Part shown: positions 11,239 through 23,141 of the stretch, in pieces
How the letters are laid out: every line of letters begins with the position of its first letter
Numbering within the stretch: position 1 is the stretch's first letter
Assembly (NCBI GenBank): GCA_905178155.1
Contig: CAJINV010000008.1
Coordinates: forward strand, 4,117,420-4,181,419
Direction of reading: 5' to 3'
DNA from: Amoebophrya sp. A120
Lineage: Eukaryota > Protista > Dinoflagellata
DNA length: 64,000 nt
Program-made: the position numbers and the translations under genes
Notes under the pieces: model-generated
The model's input: only the letters and a program-made list of their open reading frames with translations
What the model was told of the DNA's origin: nothing
Databases searched by the model: none

Positions 11239-12551
11239 TGAGTCTCTCCTCTCTCCTCGCGGCTGGCCTGGACTTCGCCAAGCGGAACAAGTCGCACTAC
11301 TGTGGATTAGCGTTCTTCTACCTGACGAGCCAGGTGCAAACACCTGGCCTCCTTTTATTATCCATTTTTTCTTTTTTGCCCGAACTCAGTGTTTAGCAAG
11401 CATATTCTGGCGACCCGGGTGTAGGCTTTTCCTAGTTGACAACAAGCGGTGGTGGTACGAGGGGACGCCCTCGATCGTCAGTCCTAGCTCACCTGTCAAG
11501 AACAGTGCAGCATACCGCTACTGAGCCAGTGATGAACCGGCAGGGCCGTACACCCTTGCTGGGGAGCTGACAGCATCAGGTCACTGCCAGTTCTAGTGGC
11601 CGCAAGGCATCCTCTAGCGAAGACTGACCCACCCCGCGCAGCGCGCTTTTCTTGTTCGTGGATCACTCTACCTGACACGCATGACAAATTTGCCCCATCT
11701 TCACTACACCCAGGTCCGCATCGTAGCTGCGATGGTAGTCTACACGTACCTCCTCAGCCCCCAGTCGACGACTTGGATTTCAACCAGTGGAGCGTTTGCG
11801 GGGATGACAAATTACGCCCTCTGGCAAATGGCCGAGTTGTGTCGTAATAAATTTATGCTTTTTGCGCCATGCGTGACAAATTTGAAAAATTTGATGAACT
11901 TATTATGAAAAAGCTGTTCTTGTGCATCCCAAAAGTTTTCTGGTACCAAAAAGCTCCAGGATGCGCCCGTGGCTGTATGGCCAATCTACGGAAGTTGAGG
12001 CTCATGGCACAGCAGAACCGCAGCGAAGCGGCGGGAGCAGCTGCTGAGTTCTTGCGTGTAGATCATCATCATGAGGACTGAAAGTGGTGCATTCCACTAT
12101 TGAAAAATGAACATCTGATGTCTAGTGTGCTACGTTTCAGACGAAAACACTATATCACAAAATGCACCAGCAGAGTCGAAAACTACTAACGAGAATTGGC
12201 GCGACTCAATCGCAGCTCGCGGAGCTGTCACCTCCTGCTTTCCTCCTGTGCTATGAGTTCGGCAGCAAAGATCATTAGAAAACGACGCATCACAATTGTA
12301 GACTCATTGACACCTGCGTCACAGATGAGGTATCACAAATGCAGACTTATAGAGCGACGAGCGCAACACAGCGTGAGAGATTGAGGCAGAGAAACCAGAG
12401 GTGTGAGCGGGTGCATGAGAGACATCTTTTGCGAGCACATAGAGGGATCCTTTCTCACAAAAAACTCTTCTAGGGTGAGCTGCTTTCTTGTTTTTTCTGA
12501 CCAGCCAAAGACGCTGATGATGATTTTCAATAATGCGGTTGCTGGAGATGA

Positions 12552-12702
12552 CCACTTTTGAAGCTGTCCAGCTAATAAGCTGCCCAGTGACGCTCATCAC
12601 CTCCTACGCCACTTTTGAAGCTGTCCAGCTATAAGCTGCCCAGAGACGCTCGCCACCTCGTGCGCCACTCTTGAAGCTGTGCAGCTGTATGCTGCCCAGA
12701 GA
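12552..12702 (+). repeat. Three ~56-57-bp tandem repeats just upstream of ORF1 of the YR element
   Basis: CCACT(T/C)TTGAAGCTGT(C/G)CAGCT...GCTGCCCAG at 12552, 12609 and 12665; ATG follows at 12713. Confidence 0.85.
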
Positions 12703-12712
12703 AGATATCAAG

Positions 12713-15700
12713 ATGGCGACTGGTAAAAATGCCACACCGAAGGCGAAGTCGAAAAGCCCCGCTACTCGAGCCAAAAGCTCGTCTAGCGCGCGGGCATCGA
12801 CGAAGGTGCCTCTGTTTCCTTTTGATGAAGACGACCAGTTTCCTGCATTACAAACAAAGTTTCCTGCATTACAAATTAGCTTCCCCTACGAGAAGCATTG
12901 CGAATTAGTTTCCCGCATTACAAATTCCATTTTCACTTGCGACATCGTCCTCAGGTAAAATCACAGTCCCCTGTGCGGCCATCGCTAGTTGACTCAGATG
13001 ATGAAGGTGGAGTGTCCTCGTCCCCGCCACAGCCACCATCTAGTACGCCACCACCAAGCCCGCCCCAAGAAAAGCCTCCTGCATCACAGCCGCTGCCACC
13101 AAGTACGCAGGACTCAGAGATCGATCTCACCCCTTTCACAAGCTACGCGAGTGGCAGTTCTAGCACCCCGCTGCTGTCACAGCAGGATGACACCTTCCCG
13201 CTGACCGCGTCCCAAGATGACCTCTCGAGACCCTTGATGTCCGCGTCGCAATTTCTGAGTCAGCCGTCGTCGAGACAGCGGCAAGTGGCGACAAAAGTAG
13301 AACTACCTGGCAGCGGTAGTGACGATCGGTTTATTGACATGCACCTACTCGACACTACACTACTGGCTGCTGACCGGAGACGGCTCCACCGCACCAGTCC
13401 CAGCGTCAGTACTGTCGTGCGAAGCTGAAGAACCGCTCGACCCGACGACGCCCAAGGCAACCTCGATCCAGACCACCACGGACAAGAGGAACTCACGAGG
13501 CGTGAAGCTCTTCGACCTAGGCACTGTTCGCCCGATGGGACCACCAGCAGGACCGCCAGCGAAGAAACACAAAAAGTCCGTCTCCTTCGACAGAGCTGAG
13601 ACGCGTGAGTACGCTGTGGGTGCGCCGCCAGTAGTGCAAGCAGAAGATGAAGATGTGTTGATGGAGGACATGTCAGCCCTGAACATCAAGCCCGTGAGCT
13701 CGCTGAATTTGGTGCCAGTCGACCCGGAAGAGCTAGCTCGACGAGAAGAGCTTGAATTGAAATTGTGCATCACAGACAAGCACGCGCAGAAGCTGACGTT
13801 GGACTTTTTCGAGCTGGCAGAAGCGAACTCATCGCCCCTCAGGCAAGATGCTCTCCCGTCGCTGTTCCCGGATGAAGTTGCGCCGTTGTTGCAGCGGCAG
13901 GTGGAAGTGGCGTTCAGAATGACGTCCATGGGGCGCACAGTGCATGCCAGGCTGGTGGAGCGTGATTGTGACTCGAAGAGGCTGTTCGAGGCCAATCTAC
14001 CGCATAGCGCGGACCTGTCAATGAAGCAAGCGCTCGCGATTTTCTGGAGAGTCATCGGTTTGGTCGAACACGACCGCGGCATGCGCGTAGCAGAAGAGAG
14101 CATCGGCGTCTTGACAAGACTAGTCCCTGTTCTTCCTCTTCCCACTTGCCCAGAACGACCGGCAAGCGCAAAAAAGCGGCGGAATTCGCAAAGATTGCAC
14201 CACCTCGCCCTGTCGAGTCCGATCTTCTTCGCGGCGGAGGTTTTGTGCGGAAAATTTTTCGACATCCAGGAATACACGGCAAAGCACTTCAAAAAACCCG
14301 TCTCCAAGCAGACCTTGAAGCTCAGCTCCCAGATGGACCCGGTGTACCAGAAGAAAGTCCAGAAAGTTGACGCTTTCGACATTGCAGACCTTGATAAACT
14401 TTGGGTCAAGACATACAACCTCAACGGCATCGACTACCCGGTCGACGAAGTGTTGAAAGCCTACATTGTCAGCGGGCTGTGGTTGCGGAGAATCTGGCTG
14501 CACCTGTCCGCGGCGGATTGGTATGCGTTGAACGCAATTGCACAGATCCTGCCGGAGCCCTTGCAATTCCTCTTATACGATTTTCAATTGGCGTTTGAAC
14601 AAATCTACTTCAGTAAAATGTTGCCGCAAGAGCTGACAGACATCGTCTTCAGGATGCAGGGCCCGAAGTGGACCCGCGCATTCTGCCGCTCGCTCAACTC
14701 CGAGACCGGGATGCCCCAACCCTTCGCGGAACTACCGACCCTGCATCACTCTGCCATAGATGCAGGCATGCACTTGTTGTACTACGGAGCCCAATTCTTC
14801 AAGCGGACTGGCAGCAATGCAGACCGGAATTTTGCGGAATTCCCAACTGTGGGTGGGTCTACAGATCCCGCCCGTTGGTTCAGCGACAATTTGCAGGACT
14901 CCGTGATCGACATCCTCAGCAACTCGCTGGCGCGCAGCAGGGATTTGAATTCGAGGATGCAAGACTGTCTCCCCCGCGGCAGACAGATGCACAACGTGTT
15001 AGTGATGCACAGCCAAGAACTCCCGGCGTCCTCCAGGATCGACCCGGTTACTTTCCGCCCGTTGCATGCTCTCAACGATGCGGACGCCCGAGAATGTCAC
15101 ACAGTGCTACGCGAGGTCATGAACCAGAGCAAATGCTTTGCCCTCAGCCGCGCCTCGAGGACGGAGCAAGATTATATGAAATGCTTCGCCACCTCGAACA
15201 ATTTTGCGTTGCACGCCGACATCTTGTGCTACGCGCTGGACCACGACCACGCCGCTGACACCAAATTGTCCTTCTTCTCGAGAGTGAAACTCAGTTCGCA
15301 GCCGCGGAGCGGCCCCGTGCTGACGACATCCGCGATCCAGCAGATAGCAGATGACGTGCGGGATAAGCATGAGGAGACAGACGAAGCCCCTGATGCTGCA
15401 GAAGCGACGAGAATTCAAGCAGAGCTTGCTGCTGGCGTGTTAGCGAGCGAAGAGGTTCACTTTGAGGCCTCCGACCACGAGATGGACTTCTACGACTCCC
15501 TGGCTGAAGAAGAAATGTTTGATGCTGCGATGACGGATTTCAAGGATGTGGATAGAAGACTAGTCGACGAGCAGCACATGCTCTTCGCCGACGCCGCTAA
15601 GCGGTCTAAGTCTGTGTCGACAACGTGTGGTAGCAGTCCTCCGTCGTCATCGCCGTTAACGTCGCTTGCCAGCAGAAGCAGCAGCAGCTCGGCGTACGGG

Positions 15701-16723
15701 CAGCAAGTCGCGCCGACCAGCGCGTTAAGCAAGCTCAAAGGCAAACTTGGAAAAGGAAAAAAGCGTTGCCAGGCTGGCAGTGTCAGTAGCAAGTCAGAAG
15801 AGAAGGGAAGTGAACCGAAGCGGTGGCAGGGCGACACGTTGTACCCGGATGCCGGTGCGTACGCGTCAAAGAAAGGGCAAGGAAAGCAGAGGATGTTTGA
15901 GCAGCAGCACGACTATGGGAAAACCAGAGCCCCGCCGCAAGTCGCGCGTCCAAGTCCGTACTCCGCCCCGTTTGTGAGCCCGCACTTCATGCCCTACACG
16001 CACCCAGCATTCCAGTCCCACCAGCCCTCCCCGTTCGACCCCTTCAGCCATCAACTTGGTGGCATGACCCACCTGTTACCGATGCAGCCGGAACCCAGTG
16101 TGGAAAATGCATATGGACGCTGCATTCGCAGGCTCGGGGTAGTCCCCCTCGACGAAGAGGGATGCCCCCTCATAGAAGACCCGGAAAACACGACGTCGTG
16201 GGACCGCAATCAGTTCGAAGACAGTGAAGGTTGGATGGCGTCGTCAGCTTTTGCTCTCCACTGGAGAGCAAGCGGAGCGCCGATTGATTCAACGACAGTC
16301 CAGCTAAGTCCCTTACTCTGGAGGATCTTGAGGCGCATAGTCGACGCGCTCACGGGCGTCAGCGTTATGTTTGTGGTGCATTACTCCAACGACGAGTTGC
16401 TGGCCAGCCAAAAATCACACTTCTGCGGTCACCCGTCCACCATCGCCTACATAGCAGCAGCTGCAGACCCGATCAGGAAGACGCAGCTCGGCGACGCCGC
16501 AGTGACGTTAGCACTCAATGGGTATCATCCCCGCAGTATTTCTTCCGAACAAGAAATAACACAAGCGGTAAAGTTAATGGCGAAGCCCACCTATGCAGAC
16601 GCGAGCCTGTGCACCGCCATGATCCTCATCGCCAAAACAATGCACGGGACGACGGCGTGGCGTGGACCCGAGCTCCGCGTAAATTGTACCTTTATGGCTA
16701 TGCCACAAAAAATTGCTAGCTGA
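12713..16723 (+). CDS. YR-element ORF1 (gag position), ~1265 aa if spliced
   Basis: Three overlapping ORFs join in frame by removing GT-AG introns 12806-12954 and 13316-13379. No domain recognised. Confidence 0.6.
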
Positions 16724-16861
16724 TAGCAGCGACGTTTGCATTCAAGTTTTCTGTCTTCCACTACAATGCAGTTTGTCATGCAGGAAATTTACATCATACC
16801 GAATCTGTAATACCCCTGCCACTGCTGACATTTAGCCCTTTTCTCCTGTGGCATAGCGTGC

Positions 16862-17843
16862 ATGTCGACAGAAAAATGGTCGAAAATCTCCAAAACCTGC
16901 GAAGAGATGCTCCACATCCTGCGGCTGCATCGCGGGAAAGAATTTGAATTAGAATTGAAACAAGCGACGACAATTGCCGAATCGTGTGAGTCGAAAAAGA
17001 TTACTTCAGCAGTGCTAGCGTGCAGTGACCTGCTCAAGAAAGAAGAATTGTTATCGCAGCTCATCGACATCGAAGCGCGATTCACCGCGACCGCGTCGAT
17101 GGACAAGCTGATCTCCGATTTCGACAAAGCCGGTTTGGTCAAGAGGCTCGCCATGCACTGCATCCAGCTGAAAGACGCCGGAGCAGTGCCATCTCCAGAT
17201 GACGTGGTCTTCTGGGCGTCGCAGAACAGAGTCATGATTGGCTTCAGCAAGAAAGCCGAGAAAGACAAGAAGCCGTGGAAAGGAAGCAGGTCGTGGCAGA
17301 AATCCGACGGTGATGAGGATGCCAGGAAGGACAAAGGCGGGAAGAAGAAAGGAAAAGGGAAAGGAAAAGGTAAAGGTGGTGGTGGCAAAAACGACCACTG
17401 GAAAAAGAGCAAAGACAGCTGGGCCGCCAAGAAATCCGGAAATGATGCTGCCTCCGACACGTTCAAGAGTATGATAAATGATGGCGCAACTGCTATCAGT
17501 CATACCTTAGGGATTTCGAAATCCAAGGTGTTAGCGGAGTGCGGGTGCGTCCTCGAAACGTTGTGGCGCAGAAAGATCAAAGCACTGCTTCTTTTCCCTG
17601 CGTGACAGTCTGTTTTTGCCTCGGCCACAGACCTGCACTTCGCCTGATTTATGCATTGCAAATTAGTCAGCTCATGTAAAAATACACTACCTCTCTCCCT
17701 CCTCGTCACAGGTCAACGGACGCCAGTGGTACTGTAAACATCAGGATGGCAAGCATTCTGAAGAACACAAGAAAGTTGACATTTTCTGCAAGGCCGTGGA
17801 TGACGGCGCCTACAACGAGGACGCTGCGGATGATGAGAACTGA
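16862..17843 (+). CDS. YR-element Lys/Gly-rich basic protein with probable spliced last exon
   Basis: ORF 16862-17605 contains KGGKKKGKGKGKGKGGG. A candidate intron 17527-17711 (AAG|GT...pyrimidine tract-CAG|) joins in frame to VNGRQWYCKHQDGKH...DDEN*. AATAAA at 17937. Confidence 0.55.
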
Positions 17844-18938
17844 AGAGCTTCTAGAGGCGTAGAAGCTCTTCGCTTTTGTTTCTGTTTCAAAATGAATGAC
17901 AGCCACAAGTGCTGAGTGCCGCTGTTCTCAAGCTGCAATAAATGCATCAGCGTGCTTTTTATTCAAGTCTGGGACTTCGTATTTTTTACAGAAAAGACTT
18001 GTACAAATCACCGCTGTTTGCGACGACGCACAAATATTCTATCGCTGTGACCATGCCGGCTCGCCATGAATTGGCGCCGTCTGATGTGCCTCAAATGCTC
18101 ACTATGGTGCGTTCGTGCTCCGTCATCACCGTGGTCGTCCTTTCGTGCAAATACACAAAGTTGCGCAAAGAATTCGCACATCGTGAAAAGAATTCGTATA
18201 AAGAGTTCGTACATCAGCCTCAGAGTGAAAGCTAGTGGCGCTCTCGGGCGATCAGTCATATGGGCACGCCTTGAGCGACATGTCCTACATAGTTTTTGAG
18301 AGACCACCGCCACAGCAGTATGAGAGTGACATTCTTGCACGATCTTGATTCTACTCTCCGCACGCAATATATGTTGCTGAGAGACCAGAGTGTTGATGCT
18401 GCCGCATCACAAGAACCATTTTTACCACCACCCTTACAGGACCCGCCCGTAGGAAAGTTGGATGCTCGCACCTAGTGCTAAGTAGTTTTGCCACCCTCCT
18501 TTGAAAATGAAGTTTGGCCCGTGAGTCATGTCACCCTCTCCCGACGTGCACAGGTACCGCTGTTGCAGTGAGAGACTGATTTGCGTTGCTGATTCTGATG
18601 CACATAAATCGATGCAATTTGATAATGAAAGTGCATTGGTTTTTCACTTGCAAAATCAACACAGCAGCGACCTCGTCGACCTCGGCATCATGACCGTCGC
18701 CCGCCACAGACGCCACGCACAGAAGGACTACTCGCAAGACCTGGCGCAAGTAGTGAGAAACGTGAGAAAAGAACCCACAGCATGTGGGAAGAAACAGGCA
18801 TTGTTGATGCATATTGGTAAGCCTCATGGCCTGTCAGGTGAGCATGTACATTTGCAGTTAGAGTGACATTATGACACATAGCTCTGCCTGCATGGAAAAG
18901 CTGATCACTATCAGATTCTACAAGAGCTGGCAGAACGG

Positions 18939-21144
18939 ATGTCGATGGGAGTCGAAGACGTGACTTCAAGAAAAAACCTAGACTCTGTGCAACGCGCGCA
19001 CAAGCAAGACCTGGCAGTGCAGCCGCAGCACGTCACGGACTTGAACACATACTACACACAATGTGGCAGCACTAGGCTCGCCACGGATGTGAAGTCCCCG
19101 GCTTTGTTAGCAAATCTCGCGACTGATAGTGAATTCGCAGATTGCAAAGTTAGATCTAGGCTCTTTGGCTATTGCCTTGAGGATGGTAGCTGGTCCGCGT
19201 CAGGACACTTCAGTCTAGGACTCCCAATCCGAGGCGTAGTAGATAGGTATGGGCTATGGGACAACGCTAAGCCGATGTCCGACAAAGACATAGACCGCCT
19301 CAACTCCTGCCCTGTCTCGCCTAGAGAAAGAGCAGAAGCACAAAAGCAGTTTCACACAATCAGACGCAAGCCGTACCCTTTTGAAACACCTGAGTCATTA
19401 GCAAAAGGCATAGAGGAAATAAATAAAAATATTTTTGACCCCAGCCTACCGCTCAGCGGCTCCAACAGCCCGGTGCTGTGGCCCGTAGAGTCTGAGGCGG
19501 CCGTGCGTGAAAATGGAAATGCAGTAGTGATCCCAGTCTTTACCTTAGGACAGAAATACTGCCCTGTAGAGCAGTACTTCAAAAAGTGCAGGATCATAGC
19601 TAATGAAAAATGGATCAGCTCAAGCATGAGTGCGATCCAAGAGCGCCTCTCCCTTAGTGACTTCCCCACTCACAATAATTGATGCGATCCAGAGCGTCAT
19701 CGCCCCAGGATCTGACATCCCTGTGGTATACCTCAAAAGCCACCTGTATGAGCAAACTTTAGCGAATAAGAACACCCATGAGTCATGGGAGGATCTGCCT
19801 AGAATAGAGAAGGGCTGGACGTGCCCTGTTGGGGACGGCTTTGTGCCGTGTCTCTCAAAATTAGATTTGTTCCAAGCGTATTTTCAGCTTGCGAACAATG
19901 ACGCGGACAACTACTTTATTAGTATCATAGCCCCAGACGGAGAGGTGAAACTCTTTCGCAGCACCGCTCTAACCTTTGGCAATTTGCATTCGGTTTTCCA
20001 TTTTTGCGGAAGCTCGAGTGAGCTTATACAAAAAATTTTACGCTACTACCTGCGAGCCCCCTTTTATGTCTACATCGACGACATAATTAGTATGATGCTA
20101 CCACAGCTTGCAGGTCACGCCCTGCGCTGTGCGAAGCGCATAGTCGCTGCCATAGGCTTTGCCCAAAGCGACCGAAAGGATGAAATAGGTAGACTAAGCC
20201 ATGCCATCGAAGTCCTAGGAATAGCATACAGGGCGCAGCTAGATGGCGCCCACTTCTTCATGCCAGATGACGCGATCACGTCTGCGCTCGACATGATAGA
20301 CGCTTTCCTAGTGTCCCTTGCCTGCTGCGCAGTTAGCCTGAAGCAGACGCAGCGACTACTAGGCACAATGATACACCACCTGTACTTTCGTAAGTATGCA
20401 GACTGTGGCCCAGTTATATCACTACTGAACAGGCTCACATGCCCGCGCGAGCAAGGCAGGCTGAATGCGCCTACAGCAGCAGGATCGCGCGCAGCTGTAG
20501 AAGTACTGCTGCAAGAAGCAAGAGCTACACTGCTTGCAAGCGCCCCGTTTATCATCTCTACCCACACGATCCACAGCTCGTGTGTGGAGCTGTTCACAGA
20601 TGCAGCACTAGAAGGCGCGTCAGTGTGGCTCGGTGGAATTATTCATGCCCCAGAACAGCAGCCGCTGTTTTTCCGCCTGTCCTCCACTGGCAGCCTGGCC
20701 AACCTAGTACTCCCGCCTACGCTGCAGAGCAGGAGAATTTATGTTTATGAACTGCTAGCCATACTAGTTGGACAGAAGCTTTTTGAAGCGCATCTACGCA
20801 ACGCTGTTGGCGTGTCCCACTGTGACAACATAGGAGCTGCCTTTGCTGTTGTCAAAGGGGTGTCGCATGATATCCCTGGTGCTGTGCTTGCCTCCCTCAT
20901 CGGACAGCACAGGAATAGCATCAACAATAAGTCTATCACGCACTACGTTAGGAGCAAAGTAAATCACTCCGACGCAGTTACGCGGGACAGAGAAAGGGAC
21001 TTCCGCCTGTTCATCCAAAAAACAGGCGCTGAGTCAGTAGAAACCGCCCTGCCCGAGTGGCAAAGCGTTGCGCAGCAAGCACTAGATGATGTTGCAGCAA
21101 AAATTCTAACCTATGAGAATCTTTGTGCATCTGTGTCTGAGTAA
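18939..21144 (+). CDS. Reverse transcriptase-RNase H (DIRS-type pol), +1 frame break near 19650
   Basis: RT motifs KCRIIAN, KLDLFQAYFQL, ALTFGNLHSV, YVYIDDII, EVLG. RNase H motifs LFTDAA, YELLAI, HCDN, VRSKVNHSDAVTR. Confidence 0.9.
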
Positions 21145-22224
21145 TGGCCAACTATCACGCCCCTGCGGCATCTTAGTACCGCTACCAGGTCCGCACTGCA
21201 GTGCAAAAGCAGCAGCAGCGACAGCGTGGGGTCCGCGCCCACAACCTGTTCCGCGACCCGAAGAACAAGCTCAGGCTAGATGAGGAGCTCAGGATCTGGC
21301 CCACAGAGCTTAGCTATGGCTATGATTATATGATGAGCAGATCCTGCAGGTGGTCAGCTTTTGTTAGTTGGTTTAACACAAAATTCCCATCCAGAAAGAT
21401 CTACATCCCTAGGATAAATGAGCCACTGGACAAGCTAAAGTGCCCGAGTTTGATGTTCTTGCGTGAGCTACACGAATATGGCGTCCATCTCATAAACGTA
21501 GATCAAGGGCAGTCCTACCACCTGCGCCTAAGCACAGTGCCCCAGCGCCTTAAGCACTTGAACAAGCTAGACGTAGGCTGTGCTTTTGCAATAGAAAATC
21601 AGTGGTCGATGTATGCGTCGCTGAACAGACTTAAGTCGCAGGAAGATCCGCAAAAAGCATCCCCTGTCACGCGACAGCAGCTCGAGAAGCTGAGATACAA
21701 TGACAAACTCCTAATGCAATTCTGGATAGCAACTGCCTTCAGGGTCAGTAGCTTTGCTAGTGTCACGATGGGAAAAATCTTTGATATCGGACAGGATAGC
21801 GCCGGCGAGTTATGGGCCGAGGTTTTCACAGATCATGTAAAATTTAACCCATCGCCAGGAGAGCTAGCTTTTCTCTGTCCTAGTCCCTCTGAAGTTTGTC
21901 TCCACACCAAACGCAGCATGTGTAGAAACAAAAACCGCGTACTACAAGCGGCTAGCACAAGGAAAAATCAAATCCACGCCGCACTGTGCACGTCGCACAG
22001 CCGCTATGGCACTGCGGCTCACCTTTGCATCTATGAACCTTGGTGGAGTATTCACCATTCCTGACCTGTGCATGGACAAAATTGCAGACCAGTTTGGCTG
22101 GTCACGCAAAACAGCACGCAGAAACTTCATCAACTACACTAGGGACTACAAAGCGCATTGCAATTCAGAGCTCTGTTTCCCACGTGCCACCATGAGCTGG
22201 ATTCTGAGTGAGTGGTTTTTGTGA
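21144..22224 (+). CDS. Tyrosine recombinase, interrupted (in-frame TAG at 21174; +1 frame break between ~21868 and ~21980)
   Basis: FWIATAFRVSS (catalytic R) and HVK lie in the first frame. TPHCARR (HxxR), FGWS and NY (catalytic Y candidate) lie in the +1 frame. Start ATG overlaps the pol stop (TAATG). Confidence 0.8.
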
Positions 22225-22495
22225 AGCCCAGTCTGACTGGCACTCTTTTGACGCCAGCAGAGCAGCACACTTCCAAGCTCTGGCTGGGCGCCAAGTTAGC
22301 TTTAAGCAGGTTAGCGGCAAACTGCTGCCGCACGTGGCCTCTAAAGCCTTACAGTTGAACCTGAAGCCACCAAGTTGATTGCTTATCGCCCAACCTGGCC
22401 AGAAGGCCCATGGTATGTCTGCATACCGCTACACTATGGCCGTGCTCATCCCAGATCGTGAAACCCGATTGGCAAATTGATCTTGGATTCCCACT

Positions 22496-23141
22496 GGGTT
22501 GAACCTTGATTACGGTCACACCAGTCGTTCCTCATTGTCGTTCCGTTCTCAAGTCGTTCTAGATCAGTTTGTGATCGTGTTTCAGGTTTAGCCCGTGGCT
22601 AAGACAGATGCGTTGCGCGTGCCACACGCCCCGCGCGATCTTCGGATGAGAAGTGGTATGTGTGTATGTCGGATATGAAAACGGTTGCCTTGACTGTAGG
22701 CGTGATAATAATTATGCCAAACACCAGAATTATGGGCAACGAAGGAAAGGCAAACACACATATCCGACCTTGTTTGTATGTTTTGTTTGGGCTTGGTACA
22801 AGCCAGTGCAGTTGAAAGTTCCTAGTTTCTGTTGAAGTTCCGTTTTCGCCCTCCCGACGTATGCGCGTACTAAAACCCACTCGCAGTGCATCCGTCTTCC
22901 CAGCCCTTGACTATCGTCACTTGGGGTTGAACCTTGATTACGGTCACACCAGTCGTTCCTCATTGTCGTTCCGTTCTCAAGTCGTTCTAGATCAGTTTGT
23001 GGTCGTGTTTCAGGTTTAGCCCGTGGCTAAGACAGATGCGTTGCGCGTGCCACACGCCCCGCGCGATCTTCGGATGAGAAGTGGTGTGTGTGTATGTCGG
23101 ATATGAAAGCGGTTGCCTTGACTGTAGGTGTGATAATAATT
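22496..23141 (+). repeat. 3' split direct repeats B1 (22496-22713), A2 (22714-22848), B2 (22924-23141)
   Basis: B1 and B2 are 218 bp each with 4 transitions; A2 abuts B1 directly. Confidence 0.95.

Larger units (their letters stand above)
10021..23141 (+). mobile_element. Tyrosine-recombinase (DIRS-order, split-direct-repeat PAT/Ngaro-like) retrotransposon, 13.1 kb
   Basis: Encodes RT, RNase H and YR, with termini A1-[ORFs]-B1-A2-spacer-B2. No target-site duplication; a TT dinucleotide is shared at the left flank (10019-20), the B1/A2 junction (22712-13) and the right end (23140-41). Confidence 0.9.

Noticed and set aside
13360-14430. Long minus-strand ORFs (also 1856-2647, 29636-30532, 47825-48607)
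   Set aside because: Antisense shadows of GC-rich plus-strand coding regions, with no motifs.
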